Assembly: GCA_016182485.1 (NCBI GenBank)
Contig: JACPGH010000006.1
Coordinates: forward strand, 90,461 to 154,460
Direction: 5' to 3'
Length of the DNA: 64,000 bases
DNA from: Candidatus Kaiserbacteria bacterium
GTDB lineage: Bacteria > Patescibacteriota > Minisyncoccia > Phycocordibacterales > Phycocordibacteraceae
Part shown: positions 17,806-26,674 of the stretch, piece after piece
Layout: the number at the start of each line of letters is the position of its first letter
How positions within the stretch are numbered: position 1 is the first letter of the stretch
Program-made: the position numbers and the translations under genes
The notes under the pieces: generated by a model
Seen by the model: the letters and a program-made list of their open reading frames with translations, nothing else
What the model was told of the DNA's origin: nothing
Database searches by the model: none

Positions 17806-18627
17806 TTAAGAGCCGCAGAGGGCGCGGAGGGCGGAGAGGTCGGCGGCGGTCGGCACGAGATTCCCGCTCTCGTTCTCGGCGTACATGATGGCGTTCGCAT
17901 CCTCGTTGTGACCGAGGCCGATGGCGTGCCCGAACTCGTGCGCGAGCACCCGCTTAAGCTGCGTGGCGCCGATAAACTCGAAAATGTTTATTCGCACGCC
18001 CCTCGCGTCGCTCACGTATTCTCCTTCGCGGAACGTCTGTCCCGCGAATTGATTGTATTCCGCGACTTTCGCATTAATTACTCGCACGCGGGCATTATAT
18101 TCAGCGACTTTGGCGTTTATGGTATCCGAAAGCGCCGAGAGCGCCGCCTGCTTCGCCTTGAGCGCGGCGGCTTCCTGCTTCTTGGCGCCGCCGCCTGCCT
18201 TGCCGACAGGCAGGCGCGCATTTACCGCCGCAACTTCTCTGACATAGGCCGCCTGCTCGATTTCGTAACGAGCGCGCAGAGTGTCGAGTGCGGCGCGCGC
18301 CGCATCGATCTCCTCCTGTTCCCGCGCGATCTGACTGCCGAGCTTAGCGGTCGCCTCGCGCTCGTCATAAATGAGATTGATCTTGAGCGATGCCTGCGGC
18401 TCATACGCAAGGACAGTCTTGCCGGCTGCGTCGTTCCATATCGCCGCGGATGCTCTCGCGTTCTCTACAAGCGCGGCATTCGATATCTCGAAACGCTTAT
18501 CGATCGCGCCCAAAGCGAATCCTACAGGATGCCTGCATGGGCGCGTGTTCTGATATTCGTAGTATATGACCCCGGTCGACAGGACGAGGGCAACGAGAAG
18601 TATGAGCCAGCGAGAAGCGTCTTTCAT
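17806..18627 (-). CDS. Membrane-anchored zinc metalloprotease (metzincin/matrixin-like)
   Basis: HEFGHAIGLGH (HExxHxxGxxH) plus the Met-turn AIMY. N-terminal TM helix. Internal repeat INAKVAEYNARVRVINAKVAEYNQ. Confidence 0.75.
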   Translation of the reverse strand: MKDASRWLILLVALVLSTGVIYYEYQNTRPCRHPVGFALGAIDKRFEISNAALVENARASAAIWNDAAGKTVLAYEPQASLKINLIYDEREATAKLGSQIAREQEEIDAARAALDTLRARYEIEQAAYVREVAAVNARLPVGKAGGGAKKQEAAALKAKQAALSALSDTINAKVAEYNARVRVINAKVAEYNQFAGQTFREGEYVSDARGVRINIFEFIGATQLKRVLAHEFGHAIGLGHNEDANAIMYAENESGNLVPTAADLSALRALCGS

Positions 18628-19679
18628 TCTTTATATAACTCGAGCACGGCCAGCTCGAGCGGGAGCGCAGGAATAGGCGCATATCGGATGCGCTCTCCTG
18701 CCTCGAGAAATGCCCGTAGCGTCTTATGCGTGATGTGGGAAGTGCTACTTACCACATCATTGCCGGAGATTTTTTCGAGCGCTGCGAATTCGTCCGCCCC
18801 GAGCTCGCTCGCGAGCTCGGGGCGGAGCTCGGGCGCATAGCGGATGAGAAGCACCGAGCGCAATCCTTCGAGCACAAGCTCCAGATAAAGGCGCATATCT
18901 ATGCCGGCTCTGGCCGCTTTTTCTATCGTCTCAAGCGCGCGGCCTTGGCCCCCAGCGGGCGGCGCCTTTGCGAGCGCGGAAAGAAGCGCATGCACCTGCT
19001 CTCGGCGCGGCGCGGCTGTGACTGCTTCTACCGATTCCCGCGAAATAATTTTTCCTGGAGCCGCGACGAGAACCTTCTGCAACACCGAAAGCGCGTCGCG
19101 ATACGAGCCCTCGGCGAGAATGGCGACGAGCTCGGCCGCGGCCGCCTCGAGGGCAACCCCCTCCTTCTTGGCGACCGCGATTGCAGTCTTCGCGAGCACT
19201 GCTCTAGTAGGCTTCTTGAACTCGAACACCTGACAGCGCGATTGCACGGTTTCCGGCACTTTTTCGATTTCGGTTGTTGCAAGTATGAAAACAGCGTGCG
19301 CCGGGGGTTCCTCCAGCGTCTTCAAGAAAGCATTCCAGGCGCCCTTCGAGAGCATGTGCACTTCGTCGAGAATGTACACCTTATAGGACGACTCGAACGG
19401 CAACGTGTACACGCCCTCGGTGAGCGCGCGGATATCTTCTACGCTGTTGTGGCTTGCCGCGTCTATTTCATGCAGATCACGCTCGCTCGTGCCAATCGCG
19501 GCGGCGAAGATGCGCGCTACCGAAGTTTTCCCCAAGCCGCGGCTTCCGGCAAAAAGATAGGCGTGGCCGATCTTTTTTGCTTTGACCGCTTCAGATAACG
19601 GCTTCGTCACCTGTTCTTGCCCTATGACTTCTTCAAATGTCGCCGGCCGATACGTGCGATAGAGAGCCTGATGCGCCAT
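18624..19679 (-). CDS. dnaX: DNA polymerase III subunit gamma/tau (short form)
   Basis: N-terminus YRPATFEEVIGQE, Walker A GSRGLGKTS, and the AAA+ clamp-loader sensor motifs. It is only 351 aa. Confidence 0.8.
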   Translation of the reverse strand: MAHQALYRTYRPATFEEVIGQEQVTKPLSEAVKAKKIGHAYLFAGSRGLGKTSVARIFAAAIGTSERDLHEIDAASHNSVEDIRALTEGVYTLPFESSYKVYILDEVHMLSKGAWNAFLKTLEEPPAHAVFILATTEIEKVPETVQSRCQVFEFKKPTRAVLAKTAIAVAKKEGVALEAAAAELVAILAEGSYRDALSVLQKVLVAAPGKIISRESVEAVTAAPRREQVHALLSALAKAPPAGGQGRALETIEKAARAGIDMRLYLELVLEGLRSVLLIRYAPELRPELASELGADEFAALEKISGNDVVSSTSHITHKTLRAFLEAGERIRYAPIPALPLELAVLELYKE

Positions 19680-19726
19680 TCAATTAGTATAGAGGCGCTA
19701 GGCGCTAGGCGCTAGGCATAAAAAAC

Positions 19727-19765
19727 ATCGCGGCCGGGTCCTCTACCCGGCCGCTTGAGTCGCCC
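19727..19765 (-). terminator. Intrinsic terminator (GCGGCCGGGU...ACCCGGCCGC stem followed by a U6 tract on the minus strand)
   Basis: The + strand reads TAAAAAACATCGCGGCCGGGTCCTCTACCCGGCCGC, which on the minus strand gives a stem followed by GAUGUUUUUUA. It lies 27 nt downstream of the 19792..20487 gene. Confidence 0.65.
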
Positions 19766-19791
19766 GACTACGTACGAATACTCCGATTCGC

Positions 19792-20487
19792 TCAGCACTT
19801 CTTCCGCAGCACTCGTTTCGGCGTCTTGCCGGCCGGTTGAGGGAACATTTTACGGGCCTTGGCTCGCATCTGAGCCCTCAGTGCCTCGATTGAGGCAAGC
19901 ACGCGAGCGATCTCGTCGTTGAGAAGCTCCTGTTCTGTCCGGAGCTCCTCATATTCTCTCTGATGGTATGGAGGGATGTACCGTTCATCGCTTTCGGCAT
20001 CGTACTCTTCTAGTGCATTGCACGCGTCGTCAATGTCAGACTGCAGTTCTTTCAGTCCAGCGAGCACTCCCTGACGAGCGGAGACGATACAGCCGAGGTT
20101 ACCGAACTGGAGCGGCCGTTTTTTGCGCCGCTTTGCCCGCGGCGCAGGCCTCCCGACCTTGACCCATGTTCCTAGCGAGAACTGCTCGTACCCGCCCCCG
20201 ACGACAACCGGGTAGAGCCAGCCGGTCGTCTTCTGCCACTCTAGCTTCGACAGGCCGCAGGCGGACTGGAACTTCTTACCCGCTTCTTCCACTGTCCGCA
20301 CGTCGAGCCGGATCATCTCGACACGGCTCTCCTTCGGTTGGAAAAACTGCAGAATGCAGCGGTAGAGCAGATATCCGACTGTGGCCCCGCTGCACTTCCG
20401 TCTGGCGAGTTCGACGAGGGCTATGAACGAAGCACCCGCCTCGTCCTGTCCAGCAGCGTATTGAAGCTTCCGCGCATAGAGTGCCAT
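19792..20487 (-). CDS. Hypothetical protein with a basic patch and PLQFGNL motif (paralogous segment shared with the 20594 gene)
   Basis: 231 aa, containing KRRKKRPLQFGNLGCIV. The DNA segment GTTACCGAACTGGAG parallels GTTCCCGAACTGAAG in the next gene. Confidence 0.5.
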   Translation of the reverse strand: MALYARKLQYAAGQDEAGASFIALVELARRKCSGATVGYLLYRCILQFFQPKESRVEMIRLDVRTVEEAGKKFQSACGLSKLEWQKTTGWLYPVVVGGGYEQFSLGTWVKVGRPAPRAKRRKKRPLQFGNLGCIVSARQGVLAGLKELQSDIDDACNALEEYDAESDERYIPPYHQREYEELRTEQELLNDEIARVLASIEALRAQMRAKARKMFPQPAGKTPKRVLRKKC

Positions 20488-20593
20488 GCGGCTCTCCTTT
20501 CTTTCTTGGGTGCTGTCCGAAGCTCATAGTACCATTTCGCTAGCTATAGCAGTGGCGGCCGGTCCCGAGATTCGGGACCGGCCGCGCGAACGG

Positions 20594-20857
20594 TCACGCT
20601 GGAGGCGTGAGCCGAAATGGCTTGCGGGCCTGCGCACAAAGCCCGCCGTTGCGGAAGCACGTCTCGCACCTGATTCTCTGGACCTCCGCCATTTCGGAGT
20701 CCACCTCCGCGTCCGTATACGCGAAGGCTTGGTTAAGCGCCGCCAGACGTACTAGCTGAATGTGCACAAGGTTCCCGAACTGAAGAGGCGTCGGGATGTT
20801 CCGCCGTGCGGATTTCCGCAAGCGAAGAAGCGCAGTTCCCATCTTCGGACAGGTCAT
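20594..20857 (-). CDS. Small Cys-containing hypothetical protein with a PLQFGNL motif
   Basis: The ORF runs to 20917 (TTG). The internal ATG at 20855-20857 has the SD-like sequence AAAGGGGG upstream. It contains RRNIPTPLQFGNLVHIQL. It is followed by the hairpin GCGGCCGGTCCCGAGATTCGGGACCGGCCGC (about 20550-20580). Confidence 0.4.
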   Translation of the reverse strand: MTCPKMGTALLRLRKSARRNIPTPLQFGNLVHIQLVRLAALNQAFAYTDAEVDSEMAEVQRIRCETCFRNGGLCAQARKPFRLTPPA

Positions 20858-20973
20858 CGGGCCCCCTTTCGAACGATCGTCTGTCCAGAGTCTATCTGTG
20901 AACAAAAGTATTGGCAATTTCGCATATAAACATCGCGGCCGGGTGGCATGCCACCCGGCCGCTGCTCGTCGCC

Positions 20974-21639
20974 CTACCAGTCCCCGTCTCCGAGGAGGCC
21001 ATCAGCCCTTCTGTAATTCGCTTCGTAGCCGAAGCAGTGACGGGACTCCGCAAGGCGCTCTCCGACAATCATGAGCTCGGTGTACGGGATGGTGTCGTGT
21101 CCGAGGCCATCGCCGTGTATGTCGAACACCATGTTGTCGTGCGTGCCCGCGACGAGCAGGTCGCCGCGCGCGAACTGTGCGTCCAGGTTCTCGAGGCCGC
21201 GACGCAACACCCCCTTGAACTCCTTCTCATACCACACCCGCACCTTGTCCAGGACCATGTCCCGGGAGGCCGGCGAGAGCCCTTGGATGATGCGGGCCGT
21301 CTGTCGCGGCGAGAGCCGCACGACGTTGTCCGGCAAGCTGCACTTGTCGCAGTAGACGACGAAGCGCACGTTGAGCCAGAGGCGAACGTAGTCCGTGCTC
21401 AGAAGTTCGCTCAGACGAATCTCCGTGTTCGCCCGGCTGCCAATGTCGGTGATCCGCCTGATGACTTCGACACCGAATCGGCCGTTCAGACAGGCGTGCG
21501 GGCGATAGCATGGTTCCTCGGCTCTCTCGAGCGCGGCGATTCCGCGGTTCAGCTCCCGCCTGACTGCAGAATCCTCGCCGAGCTTCACCAGCGTCCAGTT
21601 GTCCATGATGTTCCTCCCGAGTTTCGAATCTTTGAACAA
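20974..21639 (-). CDS. Hypothetical protein (Cys-x5-C...CxxC, with an HD-rich GTHDNMVFDIHGDGLGHD segment)
   Basis: 221 aa with a diverse composition. It is preferred over the overlapping + strand ORF 20911..21660, which is Ala/Arg/Val-rich and typical of antisense. It is followed by the terminator-like hairpin GCGGCCGGGTGGCATGCCACCCGGCCGC at 20931-20962. Confidence 0.5.
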   Translation of the reverse strand: MFKDSKLGRNIMDNWTLVKLGEDSAVRRELNRGIAALERAEEPCYRPHACLNGRFGVEVIRRITDIGSRANTEIRLSELLSTDYVRLWLNVRFVVYCDKCSLPDNVVRLSPRQTARIIQGLSPASRDMVLDKVRVWYEKEFKGVLRRGLENLDAQFARGDLLVAGTHDNMVFDIHGDGLGHDTIPYTELMIVGERLAESRHCFGYEANYRRADGLLGDGDW

Positions 21640-21654
21640 ACTTCCGAGCGTACA

Positions 21655-22710
21655 CTATAATTTAACTCGTAAAGCGTCAATCGCCGCAATCAGTTCATCG
21701 GCGCACACGCTTCGCATCAAAGTTGCTCGCATGTCAGCGGCGCCGTCGAAACCGGAGACGAACGCTTTGATGTGCTTCTTTAGGACGTCGAAATGCTTCG
21801 GCGGTGAAAGACTTTCAAAGCCGTGCGCAAGCTCGCCAAGCGCCCGTAATTTCTCCTCGAGCCTATGTTCGGACATCGCATGTCCAACTTCACGGGAGGA
21901 CATCCGATGTCCTGCAATGCCTTCAAATAGCCACGGATTACCGAACAGCGCGCGGCCGAGCATGACGCCGTCACAGCCGGACTCCTCCGCCTTCATTCGC
22001 GCGTCCTCCAGTCCGCGCACGTCGCCGTTGCCGATGAGGAGCACGCGCGGATTCACCCGGTTGCGGATCGAGACGGCTTTTTTCATCAGTTCCCAGTCAG
22101 CCGGCGCTTTTGACATCTGTTTGCGCGTGCGCAGATGAAGCGTGATCGCCGCAGGTTCCGCTTCGAGCAGGACCGGCAGCCATTCATCGAGCGACTCCTT
22201 GCTATACCCCACGCGCGTTTTCACCGAAACCGGCATCCGTACCAATTTCGTCCTATAGGCTGGATTTGGTACGGAAGCTCGCCAGGCTTCTTGCGCCGCG
22301 CGAATAAGCGCGGCGGCATGTTTCGGATTTTTTATGAGCGCGGCTCCGGCTTCTTGTTTCTCGATAGATTTGTCCGGGCAGCCCATGTTGAGATCCACGC
22401 CGTCGAATCCGAGCTCCGCTACAAGTTTTGTCGCATAGGCGATCATTTCCGGCTTGCTCGAAAATATCTGCGCGACGATCGGATGCTCTTCGGCAGAAAA
22501 CTGCAGGTCGCGTATGAGAGGATTCTCAGCATCCGGGATTCTCTGCACTTCGCCCGTGTGATACAAGCCGTCCGCCGAAACGAATTCGGTCCATATGACG
22601 TCCGGCTTGCCGTAACGAACGAGCAGCCCCCGAAAGGCCGCGTCCGTCACATCCGCCATCGGCGCGGAAGCGAAAAACGGCCTCGGCAGCTTGTTCCAAA
22701 ACGATTCCAT
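21655..22710 (-). CDS. tRNA-dihydrouridine synthase (Dus family)
   Basis: The N-terminus (FFASAPMADVTDAAFRGL) and PVSVKTRVGY match the Dus FMN TIM-barrel. The C-terminal segment resembles a helical Dus domain. Confidence 0.85.
   Translation of the reverse strand: MESFWNKLPRPFFASAPMADVTDAAFRGLLVRYGKPDVIWTEFVSADGLYHTGEVQRIPDAENPLIRDLQFSAEEHPIVAQIFSSKPEMIAYATKLVAELGFDGVDLNMGCPDKSIEKQEAGAALIKNPKHAAALIRAAQEAWRASVPNPAYRTKLVRMPVSVKTRVGYSKESLDEWLPVLLEAEPAAITLHLRTRKQMSKAPADWELMKKAVSIRNRVNPRVLLIGNGDVRGLEDARMKAEESGCDGVMLGRALFGNPWLFEGIAGHRMSSREVGHAMSEHRLEEKLRALGELAHGFESLSPPKHFDVLKKHIKAFVSGFDGAADMRATLMRSVCADELIAAIDALRVKL
22237..22274. repeat. 38-nt imperfect palindrome inside the dus CDS (encodes VPNPAYRTKLVR); near-identical to an intergenic copy at 32864-32905
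   Basis: The sequence is CCGTACCAATTTCGTCCTATAGGCTGGATTTGGTACGG. The copy at 32864-32905 matches it at about 34 of 38 positions. Confidence 0.6.
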
Positions 22711-22741
22711 AGCTTCACCCTACCAAAATGGGTTGCTAGCG

Positions 22742-23563
22742 CTAGCGCCTCTTCAAATACACCTTTCCGTTAAAGCGCAAATCTACGTATTCGAAAGATC
22801 CGTCTGCGAGGTTCACGTTCGGACTCGCTGAAACGAGCTCCGTGTACGCATTCTGCTCCTGGCCGAATAGATACGTGACGCGAGTGCCGCTCGCGAGCAT
22901 GTCATCCACCTCATCATCGCGTATGTGTATGTAGGTCACCGGTGAACCCAACGTTCCCAACCGGCGCGCGAAATCGAAAGTGCCGGGCAACTTCTCGGCA
23001 AGAAGGACCGTCGCTCGCAGCGGGAGAGCTGGACTGCCTTCAAGAGGCGCGTATACAGTGAAATCCTGTACCGTCTGCGTAGTGGTCGCATACGGCGCAT
23101 ACAGGTAACCGTTCGCGTCAAAGATGTAGCACTGTTCCTCCGCAAGCGGAGACAGCCCGCACCAACGCGCTATCGGGACTCTCTCAGAGATCGTGACTGA
23201 CAGGCTCGTCAAGCTGCGAGAAATCGAGACGGCGGCTATATCGGGACGCGCCGCCATAACGCGCGCGCGTACGCGAGACGCGGAGAAGAAAAAAGCGGAA
23301 TCCCGGGGAATAATGCCCGCATAATACCCGTCAAGCGCGGCGCGTACGATGGATTCTGTCGAAGGATCGGCGGTCTCGATGCGGGAGATGCGGACCGCAC
23401 TTTGCCGCAAGCCCGTTATGATCACGAGCGAAGCGAGAAGGAGGAAAATGCCGAAGGCGGCGAGGACCCGGCGGCGCCCTCGGCGCCGCCGGGCCGCGAG
23501 ACTCTGCCTCCCGCCCTGGCCGGGCAAGCTATCCCGCTCCCCCGATGACGGCCTTGCCAACAT
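22742..23563 (-). CDS. Cell-division FtsQ/DivIB-like protein (POTRA domain)
   Basis: Arg-rich cytoplasmic N-terminus, one TM helix and an extracytoplasmic POTRA-like region (VRISRIETADPSTESIVRAAL...). It overlaps serS by 35 nt. Confidence 0.5.
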   Translation of the reverse strand: MLARPSSGERDSLPGQGGRQSLAARRRRGRRRVLAAFGIFLLLASLVIITGLRQSAVRISRIETADPSTESIVRAALDGYYAGIIPRDSAFFFSASRVRARVMAARPDIAAVSISRSLTSLSVTISERVPIARWCGLSPLAEEQCYIFDANGYLYAPYATTTQTVQDFTVYAPLEGSPALPLRATVLLAEKLPGTFDFARRLGTLGSPVTYIHIRDDEVDDMLASGTRVTYLFGQEQNAYTELVSASPNVNLADGSFEYVDLRFNGKVYLKRR

Positions 23564-24842
23564 ACGGGACCAATGCTTCCGGCACTTTCACCGTACCATC
23601 CGCCTGCTGATAATTCTCTACGATAGCTATCAGTGTCCGCCCGATCGCGAATGCGGTCGCGTCATTCATATGCACATGTGTAAGATCTCCACTCTTGCTC
23701 CGAACGCGCGTATTGAGCCTCCGCGCCTGATAGCCGCCCATGTAATCAGATGTCTGAGTTTCTCGGTAGGTATCCTGACCCGGCATCCAGGTTTCAATAT
23801 CGAACTGCCGCTGATCCGGTTTCCCCATGTCGCCGGTACAGATCGCTACGACTTGGTACGGCAATTTAAGCGATTGCATGAGGTGTTCTTGAATCGCAAC
23901 GAAAAAATCTTGTTCTTGATATCCGTTTTCCGGCCGAGAGAAGCTTTCGAGTTCGAGCTTATCGAATTGGTGTTGTCTAAGAATACCGCGCGTGTCCTTG
24001 CCCGCCGCGCCTGCCTCCCGCCGAAAGGCCGTTGAATACCCAACATACCTGATCGGCAAAGACTCGTCCCCAAGGATCTCATTCATGTGGAGTGGTCCCA
24101 AGGTGTGCTCTGCGCTGCCGACAAGCACGAGGTCGTCTTTTTCAAAGAAGTACCGCTCTTCGATCGGTTGCAGACGTGCCATGCGGCCCATAACATCGCT
24201 CCGCATGAGGACGGGCGGAATGATCGGAATGAACGGCGTTGCCGCCACGGGGAGATTGGCTTTCTGTGCGATCCCAGCAAGCTCTTCGCGCGACGTAAGA
24301 ACTTTAAGCGCGAAAGCTATTAGCCCGAACTGCATGAGAACTGCATCTCCTTTAAGATATGAGAAACGTGCGCCAGACACTGCTGCCGCCCGTTCCGTAT
24401 CTATTATGTCCAATTCTCTGCCGATGTCCCAATGCGCTTTGGGCTTGAAATCGAAAGTCGGCCGCTCGCCCCATTTTCGCACAACCACATTGCCCGATTC
24501 ATCCGGACCTACCGGCGTATCGGGCGAAGGAATGTTTGGAACGGAAAGAAGCAATTTGGTCCATCTTTGCAACAATTCCTGATACCGCCCTTCAGCCTCG
24601 GTCATTCCGATTTTCAAATGCTGCATTGCTTCGATCACCTTCTCTCGCTCGAAACCCTTAAAAGTCTGGATTTCTTGGCTTCTTCGGTTCTGTTCGGCCC
24701 GCTTGGCGTCTAATTCTTGGCGTATCTTTTTACGCTCATCGTCCAATTTCAAAAGTTCGTCAAGGTCCACATCAACCCCTTTCTTCGCGGCGGCGTCTTT
24801 CACTACTTCCAGATTCTCCCGTATGAAATGTATGTCGAGCAT
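23529..24842 (-). CDS. serS: Seryl-tRNA synthetase
   Basis: N-terminal coiled-coil region (MLDIHFIRENLEVVKDAAAKKGVDVDLDELLKLDDERK), followed by the class II aaRS core motifs. Confidence 0.9.
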   Translation of the reverse strand: MLDIHFIRENLEVVKDAAAKKGVDVDLDELLKLDDERKKIRQELDAKRAEQNRRSQEIQTFKGFEREKVIEAMQHLKIGMTEAEGRYQELLQRWTKLLLSVPNIPSPDTPVGPDESGNVVVRKWGERPTFDFKPKAHWDIGRELDIIDTERAAAVSGARFSYLKGDAVLMQFGLIAFALKVLTSREELAGIAQKANLPVAATPFIPIIPPVLMRSDVMGRMARLQPIEERYFFEKDDLVLVGSAEHTLGPLHMNEILGDESLPIRYVGYSTAFRREAGAAGKDTRGILRQHQFDKLELESFSRPENGYQEQDFFVAIQEHLMQSLKLPYQVVAICTGDMGKPDQRQFDIETWMPGQDTYRETQTSDYMGGYQARRLNTRVRSKSGDLTHVHMNDATAFAIGRTLIAIVENYQQADGTVKVPEALVPYVGKAVIGGAG

Positions 24843-24864
24843 TGCCGCCTAGTATACTGCATTC

Positions 24865-25746
24865 ATGGACGTACGTGAGCTCAAACGCACAGAGTGGCCC
24901 ACGCAGCTCCTAGAAATTCCGCAGCCGCCGGAGAAATTATGGCTTCGCGGAACATTACCGCCCGAAGGCACAAAATATTTGACGGTTGTCGGCAGTCGCG
25001 CGATGACGCGCTACGGCGACGAAGCGTGCCGAAAGCTTATAGCTGGTTTGGCTGGTTATCCTGTTTCTATAGTTTCCGGTTTGGCGCTCGGCGTGGATAC
25101 CTGCGCGCATAAGGCCGCGCTCGGCGCAGGCTTGCACACGCTGGCGGTGCCGGGCTCGGGACTTGACGATTCGATCCTCTATCCGCGGAGCAATCGGGCA
25201 TTCGCGAAGGAGATTCTCGCGAAAGGCGGCGGGATGATATCCGAGTACGACCCGCAAACGCCCTCGCATGTGCGCTACTTCCCTGAACGCAACCGGATCA
25301 TGGTCGGCCTGGCCGATGCGGTGCTCGTCGTTGAGGCGGGCGAGAAGTCCGGCACGCTTATCACTGCGCGCTTGGCTTCCGAGTACAACCGCGACCTGCT
25401 CTGTATCCCGCATCGCATCGGCGACCCGCATTCCTTCGGGCCGCACCTTTTCATCCGGCTCGGCGCGGCGCTCGTGACCGACCCGATCCATATACTCGAA
25501 GCCCTGCATATCACGCCTAGAGAAACCGCCTCTGTCGAAGCGCCGAGCAACCTTGAGGCCGCCGAGCTGGTTGTCTGGAATATGCTCGCAGAGCCGCAAA
25601 CGCGCGACGAAATACTGCGCGCTTCGACTTCCCTCGACTTTGCTCGGGATAAATCGCTCGACGCCGGAGAAGTTTTGACGGCTCTCGTCGCGCTCGAATT
25701 GCGCGGCTTGATCAAAGAAGAATTCGGCGCCTGGCGCCGCGCCTAA
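24865..25746 (+). CDS. dprA: DNA-processing protein DprA (Smf)
   Basis: Rossmann-like DprA core (VVGSRAMTRYGDEACRKL...GLALGVDTCAHKAAL...YFPERNRIMVGLADAVLVVEAGEKSGTLITARLA). Confidence 0.85.
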   Translation: MDVRELKRTEWPTQLLEIPQPPEKLWLRGTLPPEGTKYLTVVGSRAMTRYGDEACRKLIAGLAGYPVSIVSGLALGVDTCAHKAALGAGLHTLAVPGSGLDDSILYPRSNRAFAKEILAKGGGMISEYDPQTPSHVRYFPERNRIMVGLADAVLVVEAGEKSGTLITARLASEYNRDLLCIPHRIGDPHSFGPHLFIRLGAALVTDPIHILEALHITPRETASVEAPSNLEAAELVVWNMLAEPQTRDEILRASTSLDFARDKSLDAGEVLTALVALELRGLIKEEFGAWRRA

Positions 25747-25776
25747 TAAAGCCAGTTTAAGTCTGACTTAAGCAAA

Positions 25777-26556
25777 ATGACTATCTATTCCTGGAACATG
25801 CTCTTTCGCAACCGCGAGCTGGAACGCGCCTTCGCCTTCATTCGCGACGCGGACTTCGATATTTTCTGCCTGCAGGAAGTGCCGGACAATTTTCTCACAC
25901 GACTGCATACGCTCCCATGCCATATTGCGTACCGCATCGATGTGGAGAGGCATTTGCGCAACCGGGTCGAACATAATTTTGCCGTCATACTTTCCAAGCA
26001 CCCCATCGAATCCGGAGGCCGCATACCGTTTCCCGATTACTGGCCGCTCTTGCCCTTGCGCGCGCGTCTTTTTATCCGCATCATGCGTCCGCTCGCTTTT
26101 TCGGAAATGCGTAACCGCGGCGGCCTGTACGCCGACATTCGCATTCCCGGCAGCGCGGCTCTCGTGCGCATCTTCAACCTGCATCTTATTCTCATACATC
26201 CGACTTGGCGATTGAAGGAATTCGAGACGGCAATGACCGAGCGCGATAAATCCCGACCGACGATCGTCTGCGGCGATTTCAACACGCTCGAATCGCCGCA
26301 CATCGCGCCGCTTAACTGGCTAATGGGCGGCACGCTCGGGGACGCCGCGCGCTACAACCGCGAGCGCACGCATATTAATCATCGCTTCGTCGAACACGAG
26401 CTGACAAATGCTCTCAACGGCTCGATCACGCATCCGCTCTCGCGTTCCCAACTCGACCACATCCTAGTCTCGCACGCATTCGCTATCAAATCCGCCGAAG
26501 TCCTCCCCGACCGCGTCGGCTCCGATCATCATCCCATCCGGGTCGAGATAACTTAA
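25777..26556 (+). CDS. Endonuclease/exonuclease/phosphatase (EEP) family protein
   Basis: DIFCLQEV near the N-terminus, CGDFNT in the middle and GSDHHPIRV at the C-terminus. Confidence 0.8.
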   Translation: MTIYSWNMLFRNRELERAFAFIRDADFDIFCLQEVPDNFLTRLHTLPCHIAYRIDVERHLRNRVEHNFAVILSKHPIESGGRIPFPDYWPLLPLRARLFIRIMRPLAFSEMRNRGGLYADIRIPGSAALVRIFNLHLILIHPTWRLKEFETAMTERDKSRPTIVCGDFNTLESPHIAPLNWLMGGTLGDAARYNRERTHINHRFVEHELTNALNGSITHPLSRSQLDHILVSHAFAIKSAEVLPDRVGSDHHPIRVEIT

Positions 26557-26674
26557 TTTGTGATTTCGGAAGTTTATGGTATCATTGTAGTAGGTGGCTA
26601 CTGGGGCGTGAGATTGTCTTACGCACTGGAAATAGCCTGATCTTTTGGTCGCCTCGTACAGGGGGAATAAGACG

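Noticed and set aside
17709-17900. 63-aa ORF overlapping tRNA-Gln
   Set aside because: It overlaps a canonical tRNA gene, and there is no RBS.
20911-21660. 249-aa + strand ORF overlapping the 20974..21639 minus-strand gene
   Set aside because: Its Ala/Val/Arg-rich, low-complexity composition is typical of antisense. The minus-strand frame has a diverse composition and is followed by a terminator hairpin in the correct orientation.
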